Sequence record: OR786310.1
Source: Escherichia phage ETEC-TG
Reading direction: 5' to 3' (one strand)
DNA: 64,000 bases
Of this stretch, positions 45,944 through 55,740 are shown piece after piece. A program made the position numbers and the translations under genes. Each line of letters begins with the position of its first letter. Within the stretch, counting starts at the first letter, position 1. A model generated the notes under the pieces. It saw nothing but the letters and a program-made list of their open reading frames with translations. It was not told the DNA's origin and made no database searches.

Positions 45944-46537
45944 TTACCAAGGAATATCCTCTTCTTCCAATCTGGTATCTACTTGAGGTGGACGTGGAAC
46001 CTTAACCTCTTTCACAAAACGAAGATATGGGAAACGTGTAGCAATTTTAATAACGTGTTTGGCATCTTCTCTAACGTCTTTGTGCAAGAAGCAGATCCCT
46101 GTTTCCAAGGTTGTTTCAAAATCTTTAGAATAATAACAATCCTTCCCATCAAATGCAGCCTGGCAGATGGACAGATCGAACTCATTTAGAAAGGTTGTCA
46201 TTACGCTTGGTTCCATAATCATAAGGTTGCAAAGCTGACCATCACGTTCAAACTCAAAAACGTGTTTAAGACCAGTAACACCTTCATAATTGTCAGAAGC
46301 CTCTTTGTTTCCTAGTTTACGAATATTGGTTCCCATTAAAGCAGATGCAATTAATCCTTGTATTTGTTCTTCAGTCCGATGTGCAGGAAGGGATGTATAG
46401 AAATCAAGATCACGTCCAGCAATATCAAGAATACGCCAATCACGAACAGCACCGCCAGCCAAGACAGAATTAGGATCAGCGATCTTTAATACGGTAAGAA
46501 TTTCTTTGGCAATATTGATTTGTTTTGATTTAGTCAT
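45944..46537 (-). CDS. minimal pol-beta-type nucleotidyltransferase (CCA-adding-enzyme-like head motif)
   Basis: N-terminal LAGGAVRDWRILDIAGRDLDF resembles GGAVRD...DxD of class II tRNA nucleotidyltransferases; 197 aa is far shorter than canonical enzymes. Confidence 0.4.
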   Translation of the reverse strand: MTKSKQINIAKEILTVLKIADPNSVLAGGAVRDWRILDIAGRDLDFYTSLPAHRTEEQIQGLIASALMGTNIRKLGNKEASDNYEGVTGLKHVFEFERDGQLCNLMIMEPSVMTTFLNEFDLSICQAAFDGKDCYYSKDFETTLETGICFLHKDVREDAKHVIKIATRFPYLRFVKEVKVPRPPQVDTRLEEEDIPW

Positions 46538-46748
46538 TGATACGCTCCACAGTTACTTTTACAACATCATCCATATTAATCTCATCCCCCAAGACCTCAA
46601 TAACACCTTCCTCATAAAGTCGAGCACATTCTTCCCACACTTCAGCTTCCGTCATTCCACCTGCAATCTTATTTGCAAGACCTTTAATAACATCTTCATT
46701 TTGTTCATCAACAAGAATTGAAACATTAAAGCTCACTAATTTACGCAT
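46530..46748 (-). CDS. hypothetical protein
   Basis: Start/stop coupling. Confidence 0.35.
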   Translation of the reverse strand: MRKLVSFNVSILVDEQNEDVIKGLANKIAGGMTEAEVWEECARLYEEGVIEVLGDEINMDDVVKVTVERIND

Positions 46749-46925
46749 TGTTTTCTCCTTATACTTCTAAACGGAAAGTTTCTTTAGATACAAAATCGTA
46801 TCCACCTTTTTCAAGCCAGTCATTGTAAACCTCATCGGCTTGAGACTCTATCATAAAATACCGAGTGGTAATTTCGTCTCCGACAATACGCACAATTTTA
46901 TAGCAAATCATGATACCATTTCCCA

Positions 46926-47117
46926 TTAATCTTCCTCCAGATCAATTTCATTATAACAATGTATGCAGAAACCATCATTGTGCATATGTTGTTCATAAGA
47001 CATATCTTTACCACAAGACCAACAACGGATATCCCCATCATCCCATTCACGTTCTTCTTCACCTTCAAATTCATCTGGTAGGTAAGGCATACCAAGACAA
47101 TCTAAATCGTAATGCAT
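46926..47117 (-). CDS. small Cys-rich zinc-ribbon-like protein
   Basis: CWSCG ... CIHCY cysteine pairs; AGGAGGA RBS. Confidence 0.4.
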   Translation of the reverse strand: MHYDLDCLGMPYLPDEFEGEEEREWDDGDIRCWSCGKDMSYEQHMHNDGFCIHCYNEIDLEED

Positions 47118-47130
47118 ATCTCCTCCTATA

Positions 47131-47148
47131 AAGGGGCCGAAGCCCCTT
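47131..47148 (-). other. intergenic stem-loop (GGGGC-UUCG-GCCCC on the transcript)
   Basis: Perfect hairpin between DNA polymerase stop and next RBS; UUCG tetraloop on minus strand. Confidence 0.45.
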
Positions 47149-47165
47149 ATAAAACAATGAGTTAA

Positions 47166-49763
47166 CTAGTGACAGGACGCCCAGGAATTACCCACATCGT
47201 ATCCGGCAGTAAGCTGAACGTTAAGATTGTAAAATTCTCCAGCCTTAGTAACAGCTAAAGCAGCAAGTTCACCTGCCCGACTATAGGCTGTAAACCATCC
47301 ACCTTTGGGAGATTCATGAATGTTAGCCCAAATTTGCCCTGTCTCTTTTTCCTTATTATGCTTCCATTCTTCGACTTTAGCAAGGCATTCTTTATCAATT
47401 TTCTTTTGTTCTTCAGGATCGTCTACTTTCTTCCAACCTAATGATTCGGGTGAAAACCATTTGAATTCTACAAGGTTACGAGAAACTTCAAGCTGGGCTT
47501 CATCGTGGTATGCAATCATTTGTTGCACGAAGTCTTTATTCTTCCAGTCATCTTTAAAGAAGTCAACACTTAGCCCTTCTTCTTCGATCATGTCGTCATA
47601 AATAACCATTGCACGTTTAGCACAAATAACCCCACCACTTTGGAACAGAGAGTTAAGAATCGCGTGAGCAGAACGAGTAGGAACCTTACGACCGTCAATA
47701 CCCAAAACATATTGTTTACCAGTCTTAACCCAGAAATCGTTTAAACGTTCTTTAAGACGCGCCAATGGAAATGCAGCTTCCCAGAAAGCATCGAACACCA
47801 ATTGACCTGTAAACTTGTCGCTACCAATTGTTTTAGCAACCTTGTCGGCTTGTGCACCATAAGTAATACCATACTTAACAGATTTAGCAGGACTACGTTC
47901 AAATTTACGTCCAATAGTTTCAGTGATACGTTTTGCCATCATTGTGTGAACATCGTTAGGTTTCTCTAACAACAGAGCGTTACAATATTCGTGTGGCTCC
48001 GGCTCGTACCGCCAACAGTAGTGTGATTCAATTTTTGCTTCCAAAGAGTCGAAGTCGTAGCCAATCTGGAAGTACTTAGGAACCTCTACACCAAACAAGT
48101 TACGCATCTCCCATCCAAACAAAGATGTGACACGAGGAATATTAGCTACAGACCTATGCTTCATACGAGAGGTTGCAGCATCACATGTAGCTGCTGGGGT
48201 AGGAATACGACCATCCGCCCTTACTGCGGCTAAGAAACCTTTATCATATTCTTGATCTTCCTCATCTTCTTCCCAATCAGCACCACCGCCTAAAATAGAA
48301 TTCCTACGATGCTTATACGTTAAGTATTCTACAATCTGTGTAGCATAAGGGAATTTCTCACCTAAAGCTTGCAGGTTAGGACAGATTTCTTTTTCCTGAC
48401 CTTTGGTAAAACATGGGTTAGTCAATACTTTAAGACCGCGACCCTTACCTTTTGCTATACGCTCTTGAATCTTCCTCTCCAAGGTTTCCGGTGTGCACTC
48501 CAGATGATCACAACGATCCTGACAAAAATTAGAAGACAGAGTTTGCTCAACGTAAGCTCGAATACCTTTCTGAAGTTCTTCCTCGCTCTTTTTAATCTTG
48601 GTGCCAGATTTAAGAGTCAAGTCTTTATCTTTATATTCAGACGGTACCCAACCTAATCCTACAAGCCAGTTTTTAATATGGGTAGTATCGTTCAATGTTG
48701 CAGGGATATTAGGATCACACAAAGGCTCATCTGCTGCAACTGGTAGTTTCCACTCTTTCCCCAACATAACTAACCACCAATCGCCATTCCTCTCTTCCAA
48801 ATGACCATCATGTTTCTTAGCAAAATTGATCATATGGTTAGTTGGCTCTAAGTTCTTTTTAATTTGCAACTTAGGTGGAATAAAAGCCTTAAGATAACCT
48901 TTTGTTGCTGGTTTAGGTGGCAAAATAGGCTCAACGAGTAAACGAAGACGCTCCATTTCTGCATCCAAAAAAGCAAGGTTCTCTTCTGCTTGCTTCATGT
49001 TAAAAGCAAACCCACGGTGTTCCTGGCGTGTAATAATGTCTGCTACACGTTGTTCAAGTTCAAATGGACCTTCCCATTTATCATAATCACCCCATTCTTC
49101 CATAAGGTAATTATATACGCTCGTATTGGCTTTGTTGTCATAGATACAGTAATAAAGCATATCAGCAGCAAAAGTCTTAAATCGATCTTCTTCTGGAACC
49201 TCTTTACGAAAATCTATTTTTACATCACCCCCTGCCTTTCGAGAAAGTGCTGCCAAGCTATGTCCTGATTTGCCCTCAATCTTTCGATCTGGGTTTAACA
49301 CTTTACTCAAAATCAAGGAGTCAATAAGTTTTACCTTATTTTTACCCCACGTATTATATTTAACACTGTAATCTAAACCATAAAACAGTTTTGTAGCCAA
49401 CCAGTCATAGTTGATACCGTTGTGAGCCACAGCCATTTCAACCAGATATTCAGGCTTATCTTTAAAATAACCTTCATGATTAATAAAGTCTGGGAAATCT
49501 TTTAGTTGAAAATGTGTGTAATCTTGCGCCACATACTCTTTAAGAACATATGTGTATTTACCATCTGACTCTTCATAAGGACGCCCATCAAAGATGTATT
49601 TAGGGCCATCGTGGAAAGCTACTATTTCTCCTGTTTCATGGTTCTCTAAGACAATACAGTGCATTTGAAATGTGTCTTTGAGACGATAAGGACTAGCTAA
49701 ATAATCGATAGTGTCATTATTCAACAATCCGTTTGCTTCAATATCCCATGTAAACTTACTCAC
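47166..49763 (-). CDS. DNA polymerase, family A, with 3'-5' exonuclease domain
   Basis: Exo I motif FTWDIEANGL; motif A DFDSLEAKIE; motif B RSPAKSVKYGITYG; motif C IAYHDEAQ. Confidence 0.85.
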   Translation of the reverse strand: MSKFTWDIEANGLLNNDTIDYLASPYRLKDTFQMHCIVLENHETGEIVAFHDGPKYIFDGRPYEESDGKYTYVLKEYVAQDYTHFQLKDFPDFINHEGYFKDKPEYLVEMAVAHNGINYDWLATKLFYGLDYSVKYNTWGKNKVKLIDSLILSKVLNPDRKIEGKSGHSLAALSRKAGGDVKIDFRKEVPEEDRFKTFAADMLYYCIYDNKANTSVYNYLMEEWGDYDKWEGPFELEQRVADIITRQEHRGFAFNMKQAEENLAFLDAEMERLRLLVEPILPPKPATKGYLKAFIPPKLQIKKNLEPTNHMINFAKKHDGHLEERNGDWWLVMLGKEWKLPVAADEPLCDPNIPATLNDTTHIKNWLVGLGWVPSEYKDKDLTLKSGTKIKKSEEELQKGIRAYVEQTLSSNFCQDRCDHLECTPETLERKIQERIAKGKGRGLKVLTNPCFTKGQEKEICPNLQALGEKFPYATQIVEYLTYKHRRNSILGGGADWEEDEEDQEYDKGFLAAVRADGRIPTPAATCDAATSRMKHRSVANIPRVTSLFGWEMRNLFGVEVPKYFQIGYDFDSLEAKIESHYCWRYEPEPHEYCNALLLEKPNDVHTMMAKRITETIGRKFERSPAKSVKYGITYGAQADKVAKTIGSDKFTGQLVFDAFWEAAFPLARLKERLNDFWVKTGKQYVLGIDGRKVPTRSAHAILNSLFQSGGVICAKRAMVIYDDMIEEEGLSVDFFKDDWKNKDFVQQMIAYHDEAQLEVSRNLVEFKWFSPESLGWKKVDDPEEQKKIDKECLAKVEEWKHNKEKETGQIWANIHESPKGGWFTAYSRAGELAALAVTKAGEFYNLNVQLTAGYDVGNSWASCH

Positions 49764-50557
49764 TATTCCTCCTTTCTAATGTTCTCCAGAACCCACTGAA
49801 GTTCTTTTAAACTTAAACTTCTTACTCCCGCAGTTTTACTAGCTTCAGTTTTAAGTAACGGGTAAGCCTCAATGATACGCGTTTTAAGATCAGAAGTCAA
49901 GGCTTTTAAAAAATAGGTAGATGCTTCAGATAAAGAATCTTCTTCTGATAACACTTTACCTGCACTTGCTCCCGCTCTCCTAACGGCTATATCGTAGTCT
50001 TTACTGTTACCTAATACGAATAGTCGATTCTCTCCTAAAACAACGGGAGAACGCTTCTTGTTGCGTTTAATCCATATCTGGAATACACAAGGAACATCCC
50101 AAGGTTCTCCATGAAGAATAAAAGATCCTTTTGGACATTCTTCTTCGTAAAGAAGATGCATGTGGGGATTTAGTTTGTGTGCAAAAAAGATTTTTTGAAA
50201 TGTGCGAGGCAAGATAAAACAAATACCACCTTCGTTATCCAACATTTCAGCACAATGGTTAAAGAACTTAATGGCAAGACTGGCATTTTTTCCAAACGGA
50301 GGATTACCGACAAAAGCAGTTACACTACCAACAGACTCAACAGATTGAGCTAAAAAATCTGCCTCAATACAATCTTCAAACTTAGGGTCAATATCAAAAG
50401 AAGTTATGTTTTTAAAACAAGAAGAGAAAGCTCCTTCTCCCGCAGATGGTTCTACGTAGTTAGCTTCCTCTCCAAAAATTTCTTTGATCTTATCACATAA
50501 GAACCCCGCATAAGCGGGGTTAGTGTAATATTGATCAAGTATGTTCAACTTGCTCAA
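49763..50557 (-). CDS. N6-adenine (amino-type) DNA methyltransferase, orphan
   Basis: SAM-binding motif VEPSAGEGAF and catalytic motif VGNPPFGK; no adjacent restriction endonuclease. Confidence 0.75.
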   Translation of the reverse strand: MSKLNILDQYYTNPAYAGFLCDKIKEIFGEEANYVEPSAGEGAFSSCFKNITSFDIDPKFEDCIEADFLAQSVESVGSVTAFVGNPPFGKNASLAIKFFNHCAEMLDNEGGICFILPRTFQKIFFAHKLNPHMHLLYEEECPKGSFILHGEPWDVPCVFQIWIKRNKKRSPVVLGENRLFVLGNSKDYDIAVRRAGASAGKVLSEEDSLSEASTYFLKALTSDLKTRIIEAYPLLKTEASKTAGVRSLSLKELQWVLENIRKEE

Positions 50558-50566
50558 TAGTCCTCC

Positions 50567-50998
50567 TTAGTTGTTAGCGAACTCAATAGTGAGGTCAACT
50601 TTACCATCATCAGAAATAACCATGTTTTTAGTATTTTTAAAGATGATATCTACTTTACCTTCACTTACACGACAGAATGCAACACCATCTGCAACTTTAT
50701 CGATATAATATTTGTAAGAAAGAATACCCACTTTACTACGACCAGCACCTTTTGTGAAAGAAGGGCTTACATCGAAACGGAAACCTTTAGAAGAAACAAC
50801 ACGGTAAGAACGTCCAGTTGGGATATGTTCAATAACAGAAACATTGTTCTCAACAACTTTTACAGCAAACTCTTCAGGATGATCCTCAACAATCATATGT
50901 GGGATGGCAAATGCCAACGCTTGTTTGTGTTTAATAACACCAGCACCCAGAGCACCAGCAGCTTTAACTTTTGCATTCAGATCGATTGTCATACGCAT
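50567..50998 (-). CDS. hypothetical protein
   Basis: ORF track; between methyltransferase and primase-helicase. Confidence 0.4.
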   Translation of the reverse strand: MRMTIDLNAKVKAAGALGAGVIKHKQALAFAIPHMIVEDHPEEFAVKVVENNVSVIEHIPTGRSYRVVSSKGFRFDVSPSFTKGAGRSKVGILSYKYYIDKVADGVAFCRVSEGKVDIIFKNTKNMVISDDGKVDLTIEFANN

Positions 50999-51076
50999 TT
51001 TTACTTCTCCTCTTGTTTGGTTGATGAGACAAGTATAAGTCCCTTCCGCAAAGTTGTCAACAGGTATTTTTAATAA

Positions 51077-51092
51077 AAGGGCCGAAGCCCTT
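51077..51092 (-). other. intergenic stem-loop (GGGC-UUCG-GCCC on the transcript)
   Basis: Near copy of the 47131 hairpin, directly after the primase-helicase stop. Confidence 0.45.
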
Positions 51093-52869
51093 AATAGTTG
51101 CTATCCGTAGGCAAATTAGCAGGATTGTTGAAATACTGCTCTTTGTCATGCAGAGTTGCAGTTCTAATGTCATAGTAAAACTGCCCTGCCGGACCAGTTT
51201 CCGAGAACTCACGGTTTTTTAGGATAAAGCAATGAGTCGTATTGCGTTCTACAGGGTCTTCAGCGGCTTTATCTCGTTCCAAAGCCAAGGTAATACCAGC
51301 GCCTTTAGCCAAGAAACTACTACCCATTGCATCGTCCTCTGTTAAGTGTTCATTGCCACCATTAGCCGATTTCTTAACGTGTGAGATGACGATAATAGTT
51401 ATAGCGTACTCTTTCATGATGCGCTTCAACCATGTTGCTAACTCTTCCTGGGCTTGAACATCCATACCAGAAAGCAAATCAGAATAAGGGTCGATAACAA
51501 GAATTGTTACTCCAAAATAGATGATCATCTCCAAAACTTTTTCTTTGATAGACTCCACATCTGCTCCACGATCATCACACACATAAAAACGTGGTGATCC
51601 ATCTTCTCTTTCGTAAAAATCTAGGATTTTTTCTTTATTCTCTTCCAAGATTTGAAATTTCTCTTCCGGTGTTTTCCTGTGTAGAGGAATATGCAGGAAC
51701 GAGGACAACAGGTTACGAGAATATTTCTTATAAGTTGCTTCCAAGGACAGAATACCCAAGGTATGTTCTGGGTGAGCAACAATAATATGTTTGGTGATCT
51801 CGTTCACCATCAAAGTTTTACCGATACTGGTCTTTGCCAGGATCACTGTAATCTCTTCCTCTACTAAACCACCACCCAGCATATTTGCAGCAACACGCAT
51901 AAAAGGAGGCAAGGTAATCATCTTGGATTCCAAGCATTCTAATGCAGCTTCATACAAGACATTAGAAGCATAAACACCTGCTGGGGTGTATAGACGAGCA
52001 CTCCAAAAAGCTTTTACGAAATCTTTTGCACGACCTTCTTCCAGATACTGATTGGCATCCTTAAGATCCATCTGCATACGGTAGACTTTGTTACGGGGCA
52101 GCACCTTAACAATATTTTCAAATGCCTCATTACCTGCTTTGTCATTATCCATGCAAACAATAATCTTCTTAAATTTTTCAAAGAAAGGATATTGTGCCTG
52201 AACTTGTTTATACATACTGGTTTCACCAGTTGTGCCACTAACTACTGCTGGAAGTTCATATTTGTTGTCCAAGTTTTCAGACAACATTTGATAAGCTGCC
52301 AGAGCATCGTGTTCACCACCTGTAATTACCACAGTATGAGAACGGTCTGCAAAACGAATTTGTCCAAAAAGATCTACATCTTTACCTACTTGACCAATAG
52401 GTTTACTGAAATCTTTAGGATGAATACGACGCTTAAAACCAACCAATTCTTTACCGATGGTAGTCGGATATAAACAACTTTCTACTACCATCTGATCCCC
52501 TTCCTGACGGTATTCATAACGAACACCATAGAAAGATGAAACTTTTTCTTTAATGCCTCGATAACCACGTGGGTTGGTTGATGTTTCTTGAACAATTTTA
52601 CGATGAATCTGTTTATTAAATTCCGAACCCACAATCTCCTCCTCTTCTTCTAAAACTTCACCATTTTCTCGTAACCATTCTACGCTAGGAATAGTGTATT
52701 CACACGCAAAGCACTTAGCACCTTTATGCTCTCCATTAGAATCTAATCCATAAACCATCAGGTTATTACGAGAGCGATCCTTGCCATTTTTCATGCAGCG
52801 CGGACAACCTGTATGCCCTTCCTTGCTAAGATCAACATCAAATCCATATTTAGTTATAATGTGCGACAC
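51091..52869 (-). CDS. primase-helicase (zinc-binding primase fused to DnaB-like helicase)
   Basis: N-terminal CPRCMKNG ... CFACEY zinc motif; Walker A ILAKTSIGKT; Walker B-like VIDPYSD. Confidence 0.75.
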   Translation of the reverse strand: MSHIITKYGFDVDLSKEGHTGCPRCMKNGKDRSRNNLMVYGLDSNGEHKGAKCFACEYTIPSVEWLRENGEVLEEEEEIVGSEFNKQIHRKIVQETSTNPRGYRGIKEKVSSFYGVRYEYRQEGDQMVVESCLYPTTIGKELVGFKRRIHPKDFSKPIGQVGKDVDLFGQIRFADRSHTVVITGGEHDALAAYQMLSENLDNKYELPAVVSGTTGETSMYKQVQAQYPFFEKFKKIIVCMDNDKAGNEAFENIVKVLPRNKVYRMQMDLKDANQYLEEGRAKDFVKAFWSARLYTPAGVYASNVLYEAALECLESKMITLPPFMRVAANMLGGGLVEEEITVILAKTSIGKTLMVNEITKHIIVAHPEHTLGILSLEATYKKYSRNLLSSFLHIPLHRKTPEEKFQILEENKEKILDFYEREDGSPRFYVCDDRGADVESIKEKVLEMIIYFGVTILVIDPYSDLLSGMDVQAQEELATWLKRIMKEYAITIIVISHVKKSANGGNEHLTEDDAMGSSFLAKGAGITLALERDKAAEDPVERNTTHCFILKNREFSETGPAGQFYYDIRTATLHDKEQYFNNPANLPTDSNY

Positions 52870-52881
52870 TTTGTTCTCCTG

Positions 52882-53160
52882 TTAAAATGGTTCGTTAGTC
52901 TCCATCATATATTCTGCTTCTAGTTCTTCCATATGCTTTCTAAATTGGAAAGCAATTTCTGCTACAGTTACATTTAAATCTTTTTCAAAAACTTCTGTAG
53001 AGCCTTCATAAAAACGAATACCGTCAATTAAAAGCCCTCCGTGGTAATCCCAATCACTTTCACGAGAAAGCGGGTTAGGCTCTTCATAATAGTAATCCAC
53101 CTCCACAACTAAGGCTTTCCCGTTACAAGTGGTGTATTCAAAATCAAAAGTGTTAATCAT
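52882..53160 (-). CDS. hypothetical protein
   Basis: ORF track. Confidence 0.35.
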   Translation of the reverse strand: MINTFDFEYTTCNGKALVVEVDYYYEEPNPLSRESDWDYHGGLLIDGIRFYEGSTEVFEKDLNVTVAEIAFQFRKHMEELEAEYMMETNEPF

Positions 53161-54104
53161 TATAGCTCCTCAAATAAAAGTCTACGACGCTCATTCAACA
53201 CATCAATGTGATAATGAGTCCTGACATACTTAGCTAATGCTAATCCTTTCTCCATGCAAACATCGGGAGCACTTAATAAGTATTCCGTAATATCTTTCCA
53301 CTCGGAAGGTGTTTCAGCAAAGAATAACAAATCTTTAAACTCTTGCGTATGATAATTCTCACGAGGAGAACAGATCAAAGGTAAACCCTTAGCACCTGCC
53401 TCAAGAATTTTAAGATTGCTTTTTGCATTATTAAACACGTTATCAATCAATGGCGCAAGACTGATTTGATGACCATCGTAAGATTCCATGTAGTTGGCAT
53501 ATGGTCTTACACCTTCATAAACACAAGTTGGTGCTACATTTTCTCTGATTACAGACCATTCACGACTACTTAAAACTTCAGAATCCCTACGAAAACCACA
53601 TATTGTAAGATCTTTACCAAAATCGGGCAAGATAGCCAAGTCTTGTTTATGTGTTTCACTTCCAGCCCAGACTAATGGAGTTTTGGAGTAGCGATCACGG
53701 GTCAACACAAATTGACCTTCATCGTAAGGAAGTCCATTAGGGATTATGTGCACATTATCATTGTATTGTGAAAGTTCAACTTGCAAAGCAGGTGTCGTAG
53801 TTGTAACAAGATCGCTGTGCTCTAAAAACCATTTTAAATGTTCACGAATACCTGATTCAAAAATACCTTCTAACATGTGTCCTTTTGGAATAACTAAAGA
53901 GTCATCCAAATCCATAACCATTTTAAAGCCTAGGTTTTTAAGGGCTAAAAAGCCCTGTTTACCTTTTGTTGGCACCCCGTTAAAAACGAAAACGTTGTGT
54001 TTAGGTTGTGAAGAGAACTGCCTTGAGTAAGGCAGCACTACCCTATGGAAATCGCAAACACTATAATTGATTCCGTTACGATTGTCAAGAATTATTTGTC
54101 CCAT
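53160..54104 (-). CDS. glycosyltransferase, GT-B type (paralog 1)
   Basis: C-terminal KSNLKILEAGAKGLPLICS resembles the GT1/GT4 nucleotide-sugar motif; paralogous to 54112-55059. Confidence 0.45.
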   Translation of the reverse strand: MGQIILDNRNGINYSVCDFHRVVLPYSRQFSSQPKHNVFVFNGVPTKGKQGFLALKNLGFKMVMDLDDSLVIPKGHMLEGIFESGIREHLKWFLEHSDLVTTTTPALQVELSQYNDNVHIIPNGLPYDEGQFVLTRDRYSKTPLVWAGSETHKQDLAILPDFGKDLTICGFRRDSEVLSSREWSVIRENVAPTCVYEGVRPYANYMESYDGHQISLAPLIDNVFNNAKSNLKILEAGAKGLPLICSPRENYHTQEFKDLLFFAETPSEWKDITEYLLSAPDVCMEKGLALAKYVRTHYHIDVLNERRRLLFEEL

Positions 54105-54111
54105 ACTTCAC

Positions 54112-55059
54112 CTACAAACTTTCAATAACCTGGCGTCGCAACTCATTTGCATCTGCCAGATTATAATGTGTTCGAACATGTTCAGCCAAGAACAAGCCAC
54201 GATCTTCCCGATAGTTTGGATTGCGAAGAAGCTTAACAATTTCGTAATGCCATTCTGCTTTGTTCTCTGCGTAAGCAACAGCACGAGCATCTACAGGGTT
54301 AAAATAAGGTAATACTTTAGAACAAACAATCGGAATACCTTTTGCTCCAGCTTCCAGGATTTTGAGATTACTTTTACAATTATTAAAATCATTATCTACC
54401 AAAGGAGCTATAGCAATAGCATGACTTTCGTAAACACTCATGTAATTATCTAAATCTTTTACAGCGGCTTTATATTTGGCATTTGGTAAATTTCTGCGAA
54501 TCTTAATCCATTCTTGTCCCGTGATGCTCTGTGATGCTTCATATCCCGCAATAGTAAGAAGTTCATCATCGAAAGTATTAGAGACTAGTCGTAAATCTGG
54601 TTCGTGACTAGCACCGCCAGCCCATACAACAGGGGTACCGGATGAACGATCATTTGACAAAGTGAATTGTCCACTATCAAAAGGAAGTGCATTTCGGATC
54701 ACAACAACATTCCTATTTAAGTGACGGATCTTATATGCCAAATATTCTGTAGTCACAATAACCACATCAGCAAGCTTAACCATAGCTACAATAGCATGAG
54801 TGTTTGACTCGTATAGATTTGCTAAATAATGTTCTGGATTAAGTTGGTAGAAATCATCTAAATCTACAACAATCTTAACACCTTGACGTTTCAAAGATAA
54901 AACGTATTCTGCACCTTTAGAGTGGATACGGTTAAACACAACAACATCTTTCTTAGGTTGAAGATTATGGTTGTTAAATGGCATAACAATACGATGATAG
55001 TCACAACCGCTGTGAGGTTTTGCATCAATTTTTAGTTTAGACCATTTTTTATTTGACAT
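54112..55059 (-). CDS. glycosyltransferase, GT-B type (paralog 2)
   Basis: KSNLKILEAGAKGIPIVCS; shares CDYHR, DLDD and WAG motifs with paralog 1. Confidence 0.45.
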   Translation of the reverse strand: MSNKKWSKLKIDAKPHSGCDYHRIVMPFNNHNLQPKKDVVVFNRIHSKGAEYVLSLKRQGVKIVVDLDDFYQLNPEHYLANLYESNTHAIVAMVKLADVVIVTTEYLAYKIRHLNRNVVVIRNALPFDSGQFTLSNDRSSGTPVVWAGGASHEPDLRLVSNTFDDELLTIAGYEASQSITGQEWIKIRRNLPNAKYKAAVKDLDNYMSVYESHAIAIAPLVDNDFNNCKSNLKILEAGAKGIPIVCSKVLPYFNPVDARAVAYAENKAEWHYEIVKLLRNPNYREDRGLFLAEHVRTHYNLADANELRRQVIESL

Positions 55060-55732
55060 GTGCTAGTGCCTCCTCATAGGAAATTCGGATTTTCCCATTT
55101 TTAATATCCTCTAAAGATGCTTTATATTCTTCCCAGTTAATCCCGATAGCAGCTTCTTTCTCTTCTTTTGTCAGATTAGCAAAAGGCATAGGATTGTTTC
55201 CAAAAACATCGTCTGGGTGGATATAAGCCATGATACGAAGTGGACAAGGTGTTGCCTGAATACCATGATTCAAACCAGCAGCTTGTAAACGGTGTCCCCA
55301 TTCAGCATCTTCAAAACCATAACCATGAGTGTAAGGACGGAAATAACCCATCTTCTCAACAACGGCACGAGAATACATTGCAAATTGACACATTGCAAGT
55401 TCCCAGAGAATAACTTCTCCTTTGCTTCCAACAACTTTATCTTTGAAGTACTCCGGCATACCAAAGAAATCCCATCCTCCAGAAACAGCTTGATCTACAA
55501 AGTATGTTTCCCATCCTTCCATGACTGGGTAGCAATCGTCGTCAAAAATAAACCAATAATCATAACCTTCTTCATAAAACTGGTGCATAAGTTCATTCCT
55601 GGCATAAGCTACACCTTTACGATCTGGATCGTTGAATACTCGAAAATCTGCACGTGGATCTGTTACAAGGTAGTCTTTAAGTGGACGGACACCTACAGTG
55701 ATAACACCCACTCCGATTTTAATATTTTCCAT
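55049..55732 (-). CDS. glycosyltransferase, GT-A fold (family 2-like)
   Basis: YARNELMHQFYEEGYDYWFIFDDDCYP (DxD motif) and GFEDAEWGHRL second motif. Confidence 0.5.
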   Translation of the reverse strand: MENIKIGVGVITVGVRPLKDYLVTDPRADFRVFNDPDRKGVAYARNELMHQFYEEGYDYWFIFDDDCYPVMEGWETYFVDQAVSGGWDFFGMPEYFKDKVVGSKGEVILWELAMCQFAMYSRAVVEKMGYFRPYTHGYGFEDAEWGHRLQAAGLNHGIQATPCPLRIMAYIHPDDVFGNNPMPFANLTKEEKEAAIGINWEEYKASLEDIKNGKIRISYEEALAHVK

Positions 55733-55740
55733 TTTCTCTC

